Assembly: GCA_012295275.1 (NCBI GenBank)
Contig: CM022669.1
Span: 2,728,001-2,792,000, forward strand
From: Chrysomallon squamiferum
Taxonomy: Eukaryota > Animalia > Mollusca
DNA length: 64,000 nucleotides
Direction of reading: 5' to 3'
Part shown: one piece after another, positions 51,932 through 64,000 of the stretch
Numbering within the stretch: the first letter of the stretch is position 1
Layout of the letters: each line of letters starts with the position of its first letter
The notes under the pieces: model-generated
Database searches by the model: none
What the model was told of the DNA's origin: nothing
The model's input: only the letters and a program-made list of their open reading frames with translations
Position numbers and translations under genes: made by a program

Positions 51932-53728
51932 TTCTTTAATTTATTGTTTTATTTTCTTGTTTATTAACTGGTCTTCGTATTACAATGAGTGTATGTCTAT
52001 ATATACACACACACACATATATATACATTATATAGGCACACACATTGTAAATCGAAGACCACTTAACAAACAAAAAATAAAGTAGACATTATCTATGGCA
52101 ATAACATGTTTTGTATGATGCAGTTTTCTTTAAACAGATAAAAAGAAGGCTAAATGTTTGATCAAAATTCTATTTGCGGATTTAAAATAAATTACGGATC
52201 TGGGATATCGATTGCCTAATAAAGAAAAACCCCTTTGTTTCATCTTAAAGTCAGCTGTAACAGAACTAGTGTTGTTAATGTAATTTCAACAAGTCGTTAT
52301 CCACTGAAATTGTCACGCATCTTAGATTAAATTAATTCTGTCACACACTGGCAGTTAGCACTGTTAGGTGATGCTGGCCAATCGTGTTAACAGCAGTAAC
52401 AGTAGTGACGTGACTGAGACAAATATACACAGCAAACAAGACAACTGAAGTTTCCGTTCTTCGTCAGTTATTGATACAGATCAAAAAGTAAAACAAATTT
52501 CTCACGAAACAGATGTGAAGATCCATGAATGCCAAATCCCATAGATAATCAAACGGCAGATTCATGGACTCAAAGACCTTGCCCTGGATTGTAGAGAAAG
52601 ATCTGTGTTACACCTGGGATGGATATTTAGTGGAAAAGAATATGATCAGGGTGTGTTATATTCAATATAAATTTTATATAAAGTCAAATCTCCTTTTGCA
52701 GTACATCTGTATAACAGCTATGTCCCTTATATAATGTTCCTAATTTGGGAGGTTTGTCAGAGTTGATCTTATTGCTGCTGCTTTTGAAGATGGGCTGAAA
52801 AATTAAATTTGCGAGTTCAGCACAAAACGTTTTGTTTAACAAATATGGGCCAGACGTTTAGATTTGCTGTTTTACACATACAAAACATCGCATTTCTGTC
52901 TGTTCTGAAAATTCGCCTGAAAACTACTCATTGGTACATCGCTGGCCTGAGGATTATACTTAATGGTGCACCACTCGCCTGAAGATTAACAATACATATA
53001 CCAATACATCAACTTCGTACATGGATACTTACAATATATTTAACAAAGAAAGGCTAGACCAATTAACATTTCTTCCTGCAACCTTCCCTTGGAAAAGAGC
53101 ATACTAGAAAGAAAATTCAAGTACTCTTTTGTTCTCTTGTATTCTGTATATACTGATTAGTGAAACAGAATGTTAAAAGCTATCGAATTTCTTCGAACGT
53201 GACCACTGGCAGTTAACACAGATTCTTCTGATTTATGGAAATTAATAGTTATCAAATCGTGTTCGTAACAAATTTTTACCATCTTTGGCTTGTAATTAGA
53301 ATGGGTGGATGTTACACTTAGGTTCTGAACTACAGTTGTCAGTAACGTTAGACATTCGCTATGACGACAGTGTACATATAAAATGCAACTTAATTGATAT
53401 TTAAGAAAAATATGAAAGGCAAACTTGTTTTTGTCTTATGGTTATTCTATCTAAAACACTTAAATTATTTATTTTCTTTAACATTCTGTACCTATTGATA
53501 TACATTTCATTCTCAAAACATATATTACTGACCTCTTTTGAAAATATCTCACATTACTTTTAACAAAATAAACAGATATTATTTGATGTCATCAAAACCT
53601 GTTGTTAAACATAAAATAAAAAATTAAACAATTAAAAATTTATTTCTCAACATGGTCCAAAGCCATGACGAAGCAATCAAAATAGGTTACAAATTAACTT
53701 TTTTTGTTTGCTTTCTTATACTTCTTCA

Positions 53729-53788
<60 letters not shown>

Positions 53789-56668
53789 CGCTTCCATGTT
53801 TTATAAATGATCCGTCAACCATAGCCGCAGATCAAGCAATGGTTTCAGGCAGTAAGTGACAGCAATAATTAGACATCTATCGATCTGTTTATGACAGTGT
53901 TTGCAATACTCGCGAAATTTCTAACATTAGGAGTAAAGGAATGTTTCTCTGTTGTTTTTGGATCTCAGATTGTTTGATGTGGTTGTCTGTCAGTTTGTTT
54001 TGTTTTTGTAAATTTGTAAAATTAATATAGTTTATTCTCGGTTGTTGGTTAGTTTGTTATTTGTTTTACTTTTGTAATTTTTATAATGAAATTTCATCCT
54101 TAAAAATATTGGTTTGTTTTGTTTATGTTTTTCTTATGAAACCTTTTAACCCTGAAAGATATGGATTGTTATCGGCTGTTTGTTTTGTTTTGTTTTTACT
54201 ATTTCATAATGAATCTATTATCCTTAATAACATAATTTGTTAGTTTGATTTCGACCGTTTAATGTTTTGCCTTGTTTTTATAATAATAATAAATTTTGAC
54301 TGATTGTTTGTTGTTGTTTTTGTTTTTTAATTTTTTATTTTTGTAATGAAGCTAACTTCATCATGTTTGACACTGTCTGTTTATTTATTTATTTATTATT
54401 ATTTTTTTTTTTTTGTTTGTATGTTGTTTTTTTTACTTTATAATAATAATAATTTCATTCTGAAACATTAAATAAGCGAAAGTTTTAATGGCTCCTGACA
54501 ATCAATAATTGTAAGAAAAACGAAAAATGGGGAATAAAAAAAGAACGTTCAAGAAAAATTACTTTCGCAAAAAACACTGTTGATTAATATATTACAGACA
54601 GTGATAGCGTGAAAAGATCGGATATGACCAATAATTATTTTGAATCGTCAGGGAATTTAGTCAAGCAAACGCCCTACAATGCTACCTTTACACGAGAAAA
54701 GGCGCGAACCTAATTTTTTGAAAACAGCGGGCCACATTAATGGGTTTATAACTTACGAAATTAAGGGAATTTTTTTTTTTTTTAAATTTTAAAAAGAAAA
54801 ACGAAAAGAAAAAAGTTATATATAGTAGATGTACGCAGATAATTAAATAGCAAACAACAAAGGGTAAATGTAAGGCGCGCGCGCGCACATACATTCACAC
54901 ACATAACATAACAACATACACAATTAGAAAAGCACTTTTTCAAATTAAAAAAAAATTCTCCAAAATCCACTTAACCGTGTAGTATAAGCGCCATTAGCTT
55001 TGTGAAATAACAGAATAGTTGACTCGCGGAAGATTTTAATTAGTCTGTTCACGACTTTTCGAAATGTCATTAGAAGATGCACTTTGACAGGTTTATCAGA
55101 TTAACACCTCTCTTGACTTCCTATACACAAGAGTTCAAACAAGTGTCGTTACTCTACAAATCGAAGAAAACTGTTTAATGCCTGAAACGTCATTCTAGTG
55201 GTCTACCTTCAGTTTGACTGAGAACAACAACAACAACAACAACAACAATAATAATAATAAAATGATGATGATATGCTAAAATATATATATTTTTAAACAT
55301 TAAAAATATAGTTTTTTTCTAAATGAAAGTAAATATTGGACAGAAAAAAAAAAAGATCTAATGAAACACTTGAAACACGGGAAAATCGTTCCTAATTATG
55401 TAACATAAAAACAGAACGTAGAATGGTTACTAAGTAAAATACATTCTAGAATTAGCAGACTTAAAGTCTGGAGGATTACCGAATCTCAGACTGCTCTATA
55501 GTTTCAACTGTAGGCCACTCAAACTCCATCTCAAGGAACCCATTCCTAATATTCTCTAATAAAGTCAATGGTCAAAGTCGGACGATTTTCGAATTGTCAT
55601 TGCGATTTAAACAAACTGAAAATGATATTAATAACCGAAATCAGACGTACTGAAAATGTTATTTACAGTGACTACTGATATAAATGAATGACTGAATAAT
55701 TTAATTGTTTACAACACAAATTGTATATATGATTGTATTTTTTTGTTTATGTATTTATATGTATATATTTGCCTGTCTGTAAGTATATGTATGTCTGGAT
55801 GCACATACCCATATCCAGCTATCAATCCGTCCTTCCATTCTACAATCTTACAATCAGATAATAATTTGTCCATTCATCCATCCATCCATCCATCCATCTG
55901 TACATACAAACATAGAGTCATCCATACCTTCCTCCGTCTTTACATCCATTCACTGGTCAATCCAAAAATAATTTCTGTTTACGTAAGACTGTGATATAAC
56001 GGCGCAGCAGCATATCGTCAGTAGTAACAGATGAGTCTTAGAAAACCAGGGTTTATAAAAGAACATAACAAAGAAACATCAGCTGTTTAAGACTGAGTAA
56101 TAAATACGTCGTGGTAAAAACGAATATTACCTGCAGTGAGATAAAAGAACAAATCCCTCGAAGACTTAGCATTCTATTGTCCAACCAGTTTTTATGTAGA
56201 TTTAAAAAAAACTCGGAAGATTTGCTGATTTATCACTTTTAAAGTAAGGGCGTGAATGTATTTTTGTCCCTCTGTGTTTGTATGTATGCATTTAAAATTA
56301 ATATTCTGTTGTTTTAAGTACGACTGATTAGACTCAGCAAATATTCGAGAACGCTCTGGATGGGAGAAAGAAATGCAGTCAGGACCTCACAAACGTCTGA
56401 AGCCGCTGACAAGACTCGAACATATGGCACCCAGTCGCCCTTACTCCGTAGGCGGACGACGGTACTAAGTTAAAAAAGGTCGCTCAATTACCAAGGGTAA
56501 TGATCGCTTCCCAAGAAGCACGCTGTTCTTTGTCGTTTGTCAGTTTTTATCTGCATTCATTTTTGTGGGAAACCTGGCACTGGCAGGTATGTATTTTGGA
56601 ATGATTATATTAATGTCTTAATGTTGTATTTGTGCATGTATCTTTGTGTGTGTGTGTGAATATATCTA

Positions 56669-56755
<87 letters not shown>

Positions 56756-58551
56756 AAGTTAGTATGTTTGTATATATCTTTTATGACTATGTATGATGGA
56801 AGAATGTTTTTGTCGTCCGCCTATAAAATTTACTTTTGTCATGATTGTTGATTTGGTCAGACGTCTAACGGCAAGGTTGGAACCGTGCTGACAAATAACG
56901 CCAGTCCCTTGTCTTTTTGAATAAAAGAAGGAAGCTTTTTTTTTTTTTACAAGTACAAATTTTATCATTTTAGGACTGCTTGCTGAAAACTGATATTGTA
57001 AGTAGGCTATATCTAGCAATCAGTGACAACTATAAAACCCAACAAATGCAAAGAGAAGGTATGTCTCTCCTGCAAACAGTCGGTTAATTTAAATAAATAA
57101 ATCTGAGGTACGAGTCTGCTTGCCTGACGCTATCGCTGGTAAAAATGGAGATTACGGAAACGGAAGCGTCACGGATAAAATAATTACAAGTTGCCACAGA
57201 AAGCAAGAAAACAAATTTCTATTTGGAAAAAAAAAAAAAAAAAAAAAAGAATTCTTGTTATGTAAATCTCCCAACTTACTGAGGTCATTTCATTTAATGC
57301 AGACTGTTGTAAATCGAGGTTTTCCTTTACCCGGAGTCGCGGAAGTCTATCGATTCTTTAAATAAGAATGTCGTATGTAGTTTGTTAGTCTCGACCTGAA
57401 CCGAGTGATCCTATTTAAGAGATGAACTACGGAGTTTTTTTCTAGTGTTATCATCTTTCAGACGTTTCTCATTGAATTATGCTGTCTTAAATTGTTGGAA
57501 TATGGTTCTGAACGCCCAAGTAAGTAAATGTCTACATTTTTATTTTTTGTGGTATACTGTTTTATTCTGGAAAAATGATTTTCAGTTGATAAAGGTTCTA
57601 AACTTAAATAAATAAATAAATAAGAATAATAAATAAAATAAATAAATAAATATATAAAAACAAAAATAATAAAATAAATAAATAAATAAAAATCATAAAT
57701 AAAATAAAATAAGATAAAATAAAATAAAATAAAATAAAATAAAATAAAATGTTTGTAATAAATTGATATATTTTCAAATATGGTTTTCAACTACCAAGTA
57801 ACTAAATATTTAAATTTGTATTTTTCATTACAAATTGTTGAATTTTGCAATGTGGTTTTTAACATTCAAGTAACTAAATGTTTACTTTTTAATATTTTGT
57901 CCAAAATTGTTGCGTTTTAGAATACAGTTTTAAAAGCCGAAATGTTTACCTCTTTATATTTGAAACATTATAATTTTGGTTTATTTGATATAAATTATAT
58001 TTATTATTGATATTATTATTGATAAAATTAGGGAATATCGGAGTGTAATTTTGTCTTTTAGATAAAATGTTTTGGTTATTGTTTAAAGAAAATTGTCGGC
58101 ATTTATGTAATATTATATATTTGTCTACTTATAAGAAAAGTCTTATTTATTTGTGCAATAAATGAAGTATAATTAAGAACAGAAACAAATACACTGTTTC
58201 ACACACACCGACAAAACACACACAACGCACACACAAACACACACATTCACTCAGACACACACTCACAGAACTAACATATACACACACAACAGAGGCGGAA
58301 CGCATGTATGCGCTAACGATATGCGTACACATAAAATTCTACAAGTTTTATGCGATTCTAATAAAAAAATATTGTGAAAAAGAAATTAAGAAAAGAATTT
58401 ATAATAACAAAATATAGTTATATGAAACACTACATGCACGTATTTATCGTGACAACGTTTCGTCTTTAGATCACTAATACCGTTCATTCTATTATCCGTT
58501 ATTATATGGATTCGTTTTCTAATGAAACATTTATTTGCAAACTCACAGAAG

Positions 58552-58608
<57 letters not shown>

Positions 58609-58609
<1 letters not shown>

Positions 58610-58700
58610 TCCAGCAGCGAGTGTCTTTTATGTTATAATACAACGGGAAGCAGTCGTTGGTGAATAATCTGACTTAGAAATAAAGGTAGCAATTAAAAAC
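58609..58700 (+). repeat. Dispersed repeat, partial copy of the element at ~62905-63360
   Basis: TTCCAGCAGCGAGTGTCTTTTAT..GGTGAATAATCT..AGAAATAAAG.TAGCAATTAA nearly matches 63045-63135. Confidence 0.75.
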
Positions 58701-58946
58701 TGATTTACAAAACAGCAATAACAAACAACAACAACAACAACAACAACAACAGTAATCATAATATCGGCCAAATGAGACTGGGTAAACAGCCTTTAGTAAT
58801 TGCTTTAATATTATTTTAAATATTTAATTATAATATTTGATTCGTCTTTTTGATTTATTATTTTGACCATAAGTTTAATTATATTCTTCTTAGATTTCTT
58901 ATTAAAGTATATAATTATTTTAATAGGTTTCATCCGGTTTTTTAAA

Positions 58947-58995
<49 letters not shown>

Positions 58996-59580
58996 CTGTA
59001 AATACGAAAATTAGATTTTTATATGAAATATATAATTATATTCATATATTTAATTTGTATTTTGAATTTATAAATATTATCATTTTATTCAAATTTTGGT
59101 TAGTTTGATTTGTATTTTAAGTACATAATATTATTCGTTAATTTGATTAATATTTCAAGTATATAGTCTTTATTTTCGTTAGTTTGATTCGTATTTTAAG
59201 TATACAGTTAAGGTAATTTGATTTATAATTGAAGTACCTATGCTACATTGTACAACATCAATAGCACCAGCAAAAACAACAACATTAATAATAATGATGA
59301 TAATGATAATATTAGTAATAATAATGATAATAATAATAATGACAACAGTAATAATAATAATGATGATGATGAGAATAGTAATATGATTTTTTGTCAAGCT
59401 TATAGTCCAATTTTGTTTACATCCAAGTAGTTTTATTTTCGACAGCAAAGTATTATAATAATTTATCGAGGTGACACATTAATAATTCCTTTTTCTCTAT
59501 TTTTTGTGTCCCAATGATGTCAGAACTTAAATATAAATATAAAAACAAACTTGATAAAATGTGTGAGTGCTGTACTTTAG

Positions 59581-59920
59581 TTGAATGTGTGTGTTTTTGT
59601 CTTATACTTCAGTTAGGGTGTTGAATGTGTGCGTTTTTGTCTCATACTTGAGTTAGGCTGTTGAATGAGTGTGTGTTTGTCTTATACTTGAGTTAGTGTG
59701 TTGATTGTGTGTGTTTTTGTCTTATATTTGAGTTAGGGTGTTGATTGTGTGTGTTTTTGTCTTATACTTGAGTTAGGGTGTTGAATGTGTGTATTTTTGT
59801 CTTATACTTGAGTTAGGATGCTGAATGTATGTGCTGTTGTCTTATACTTGAGTTAGGTTGCTGGATGTGTGTGTTGTGGTCTTATACTTGAGTTAGGGTT
59901 TTGAATGTGTGTATTTGTGT
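59581..59920. repeat. 40-bp minisatellite, about 8.5 copies
   Basis: Unit TTGAATGTGTGTGTTTTTGTCTTATACTTGAGTTAGGGTG recurring at an exact 40-nt period. Confidence 0.95.
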
Positions 59921-60288
59921 GACAAAGATAGACAGTGTCCTTGAGTATAAGTTTATTTTTGTATCTGTATGTATTAAATAGGTCTAACAAACTAATAAAA
60001 AAAGTTTCGGTCTAGACATAATTTCTAAATTATATCACAATATTTACGCTCAATCCTTTTTTTTTTTTTTTAGATTTTGATTTGTGATTGAGGAAAACGT
60101 TAAACACCGAGATTATTCTGTAAAATAGCTACGTTAGATTTCTTAATATCAGCCAGACGTTTCTTCACTTTAAACAGTTCTAATGATGAATTATATAGTA
60201 TCGAGCCCCGAGCGCTGGGGATTGTGAAAACTGCAATGGACTCGACAGTCATCAAGAACTGAAAATGTAATAGAATTTACAGCACCCG

Positions 60289-60336
60289 ATGGCTTCAGGA
60301 ACTGCAGTGTATGTCATAGAAATAAACATAGTGGCA
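60289..60336 (+). CDS. Possible first coding exon (MASGTAVYVIEINIVA) of a gene continuing beyond the window
   Basis: Long poly-T acceptor ending at 60073, ATG in CCGATGG context and a consensus GTAAGT donor in phase 0; product not recognised. Confidence 0.3.
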
Positions 60337-60519
60337 GTAAGTTCGGCGCAGTTAGGTGCTGCAGACAAATAGATTGTTGTCAAGCTTCAGTAGCCTTTCA
60401 CACCATCTTACTGTCAGTGTACGTCACAAAGTACATTTACCCACATATACTCAAAGACATATAAACACTGTACGCACATACATACCATGCAAATACATAT
60501 ACATACATATACATGCAAG

Positions 60520-60571
<52 letters not shown>

Positions 60572-61950
60572 CACAAACACACACTTACCAAATCAACTGA
60601 CATTTACGTGTTTATAAATTCATCTTCAAGTATATATATAAACACACACATACATACCTACATGCATACATATATAGATACATAGATACATAGATACACA
60701 TATACACAATGGACTCATACAAACATGCTCCTAAACAGATGTAATACATATACATGCATACATACATATACAACATACGTACATAAATACGTACATACAT
60801 ATTTAAATACAAACATATATACAGGTGAGTTAATATTTGTTTTAATAATGTTTACTTAATGTTTATTTAGTCTCAGATCCGTCTGTCCAGCTATCTACAA
60901 CTTAGAAAAACTATTTTTTCTAAGAGAGAGAGAGAAAAAATCCTTTTAAATGTTTAAAAGACCAAGCGATTTGACAGACTGTTCCTGCACGTTTTTGCAT
61001 ATTTGAGTTAACAAACGGAAAGTGAAGTCGAAATTTGTTTGATGTTTTGTTTTGAGTTTTGGGGGGTTTTATAAATGGAATTTGAATGATTTTTTTTTTC
61101 TTGCTGATTACTATTATTATTGTTGTTGTTGTTGTTGTTATTATTATTATTATTATTGTTATTATTATTATTATTATTGTTATTGTTTTCATTATCATCG
61201 TCATTGATGATACTTCTGTGATGGTAATTTATAATGATGGTAGCGGTTTTTTTTTTGTTTTTTTATTTTACCAATTTTATTATAAAATTACAAGTTATAT
61301 CAAACTTACTAATATAATTATGTATTTCAAATACGAATCGAATTAATGAACATAATTATATAATTTCATATTATATTTGTTGTGTACCATTAATTTTAGG
61401 GTAAATAAAATAATATATTCTTTTTTCACTTTTTATTTTTTAAATCTGATATTTATGTAAATATTCTGCGCCTGGTATAAAACGTTAACCAATAAATCGT
61501 TTTGAAGTCCACCGCACATAACAAACTGACTATCCAGCAAAAACTTGCAAAACACCTAATTTTCATAATATAATTTTATTTTTTGTTAGTAAATGCAAGC
61601 TCTCATGTAGGAATCTATAATTACGTAAATGAAAGTATAAAAACAACAACTAAAACCCCAGAAGGAGAAGAAGAAGAACAAGAACAACAGCAACAAAAGA
61701 AAAAAAAAAAGAAAGAAAGAAAAAAAAAGGACGACAAAAAGACAGGCAACCACAAGACAATAGTATTCCCAAACTTTGCGAGTAAACGAGAAATTAGATT
61801 ATGTATGACGTTGGAGCTGCAGAGAATGTCCCAATAGGGATGGTTTAACCTAAATACCAAGAATTAAGATCCTTCTTTGTCAAATTATCATATACATATA
61901 TATAGATTATTAAATAATCGAAGGAAGATACAAACATTGATAACATAGAC

Positions 61951-61987
<37 letters not shown>

Positions 61988-62417
61988 CATACATACATAT
62001 GTGTGTGTGTGTTTTGTGTGTGAGTGTGTGTGTGTATATATATATTCACACACTCATATATATATATGTATGTATGTATATATATATATATATATATAAA
62101 TACACACACACATACACATACAGACATTTTAAAAAATATACTCAGATTAAAAATAAATCACGAACACATTACAGTGATTTATGTGTATTTATCTACAATT
62201 ACAAATTAAATACTCGTACAAGAACGCACACGAACACGCACACGAACACACACACACACACATACACGTTAAAAAACACGCACCAAACTTTATAAGTATT
62301 CCCTGCAGTTAAATGTCTTTTCATTTCACTACACGGTTTTCCTCTTTATACGGAAATATATACAGATACTTACAAATGTTTCAAGAAGCACTTCAGTTGA
62401 ACATATTGTTGCTAAAG

Positions 62418-62639
62418 CTCAAAGACAAATTTGATTATGAAACAGCGTGTAGCAGCCCAAAATGTCGACACTTGTGGTATAAACGTCTAAACTCAAAGAC
62501 AAATTTGATTATGAAACAGTGTGTAGCAGCCCAAAATGTCGACAGTTGTGGTATAAACGTCTAAACTCAAAGACAAATTTGATTATGAAACAGAGTGTAG
62601 CAGCCCAAAATGTCGACACTTGTGGTATAAACGTCTAAA
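62418..62639. repeat. 74-bp tandem repeat, 3 near-identical copies
   Basis: CTCAAAGACAAATTTGATTATGAAACAG.GTGTAGCAGCCCAAAATGTCGACA.TTGTGGTATAAACGTCTAAA starting at 62418, 62492 and 62566. Confidence 0.95.
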
Positions 62640-62825
62640 AAGGGATTTTTAAATTGTCAAATTGTTATTAATTTTGTTTTGACCTTTCTCTGTTTCCTTA
62701 AGGCTTTTTTTTTTTTTTATATATCTCTGTTAATTTGTAACCTTTACAAACTTACACTGAAAAATAAACATACATTCAAACACATACACACACACAAATA
62801 CATACATAAATACATACTTACATAC

Positions 62826-62858
<33 letters not shown>

Positions 62859-62904
62859 GATAGATAGATAGATAGATAGATAGAGAATAGATAGATAGAT
62901 ATAT

Positions 62905-63360
62905 GTGGCTCATTCGCTCAGCGTTGTCTTGTTTAACGACAACCTACTCTGAGAACCATCTATCACATTTCCATTGCACATTTTGAACGAGTTCGTCTCA
63001 CTCAGAAAATACGTTTTAACTGATCTGCTCTATAATACGCGCCATTCCGGCAGCGAGTGTCTTTTATTTTATAATACGACGGGAAGCAATCGGTGGTGAA
63101 TAATCTCACTGAGAAATAAAGATAGCAATTAAGACGTGGCTGAAGGATCTCTTTTGGCAATGGTTAATAAGCCAAGTCTCATGATAGAGACAACTTTCCC
63201 CTACATACCAATTAGTTTTTGGTCGTTAGTTGCCTTAGAGGCAACATGCATGATAGGAAACTTAGTAGTTCGTGTGAAATGATTACAAATACACGTGGTT
63301 ACTAAGTAATAAAAGAAATATCGTGTGAAGCGACAATAAGACGCCTACAATGATCGACAT
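62905..63360. repeat. Dispersed repeat (SINE/MITE-like), family unassigned
   Basis: Contains the segment shared with 58609-58700; flanked by microsatellites; boundaries approximate. Confidence 0.45.
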
Positions 63361-64000
63361 GCATAAGCATACATATAATGCGAAACCAACCCCCCACGTA
63401 CTCACACGCATACCCCCCTACATATAAACACTCATATAAAGATGCACAGATTCGCACGTCCATCCAAACATATTATATATATATATATATATATTATATA
63501 CATGCATACAAATAACCACAGCCATCTGCTGTCTATCGCTTCCTTTCTGTCTTACGCACATACACGCACGTGTAGACACAGACGATGTCATGCGTTACTG
63601 ACAGCCCAAACTAGCAATGCTGTGATTTAATTAATTCGCGGTGAAAGTACATTTAACAAGTTTGCAGTATTCTTAAACTTCTCTTCAGGTCCCAAATAAC
63701 TTGACACTTTGGAAAAAAATCTTGACTGTATAACGGAGACAAAACAATAAGCAATGCATATACTGTCTTTGAAAGTTCCCGGCAAACCGAAAAGGAACAT
63801 CTCTACTGCGTTAAAGTGATTATTTTCTTTGTTATTGTGTTAGCAGTAAAACTGAGACACGTCAGTATTTAAACCTCTAAGATGTTTACTGAAATGTTCT
63901 TGTTATGGTCAGACCGGTAAGCACAAATCGTGCGTAAACAACTCTCTGTCGGTTTGTCTCTTTGACCTCTGACTGATAGCTTGACTGTTTTTCTTACTGC

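Noticed and set aside
52340-53220. Coding-looking stretch bounded by a CACTGGCAGTTA direct repeat
   Set aside because: Frames examined are interrupted and no motif was recognised; probably an old transposon remnant but unassignable.
56400-56485. tRNA-like sequence on the minus strand (GTTCGAGTC B box)
   Set aside because: No A box or cloverleaf could be built; at most a decayed SINE head.
59581-62639. Regularly spaced repeats as a CRISPR array
   Set aside because: Units are tandem with no unique spacers, there are no cas genes, and the DNA is eukaryotic.
57458-62867. ORFs rich in I, N, Y, H, T
   Set aside because: Products of (AAT)n, (TA)n, (CA)n and (TATC)n microsatellites.

Overview
AT-rich, microsatellite-rich animal genomic DNA; probably a mollusc, since a degenerate SINE resembles gastropod tRNA-derived SINEs (inference from memory, not a search). 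1-11.3 kb is a transposon nest around tRNA-Ser genes: decayed Tx1/L1-clade retrotransposon pieces, one intact tRNA-Ser(AGA), an inverted defective copy captured between terminal inverted repeats, two truncated tRNA-Ser 5' halves, a Ginger2-like integrase element and a deleted FLYWCH/MULE element. 11.5-40.7 kb is a compact cluster of five spliced housekeeping genes assembled by hand: ARL14EP(-)/SNUPN(+) and NR2C2AP(-)/C15orf40(+) head-to-head, then a 15-exon ubiquilin(+). NR2C2AP carries an AT-AC minor-spliceosome intron. A candidate spliced, hairpin-rich non-coding transcript runs divergently from the ubiquilin promoter. 41-64 kb is mostly repeats, with a TIR-domain-only gene split by one frameshift, a few orphan exons and tandem repeats. 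All family assignments come from motif recognition by eye.
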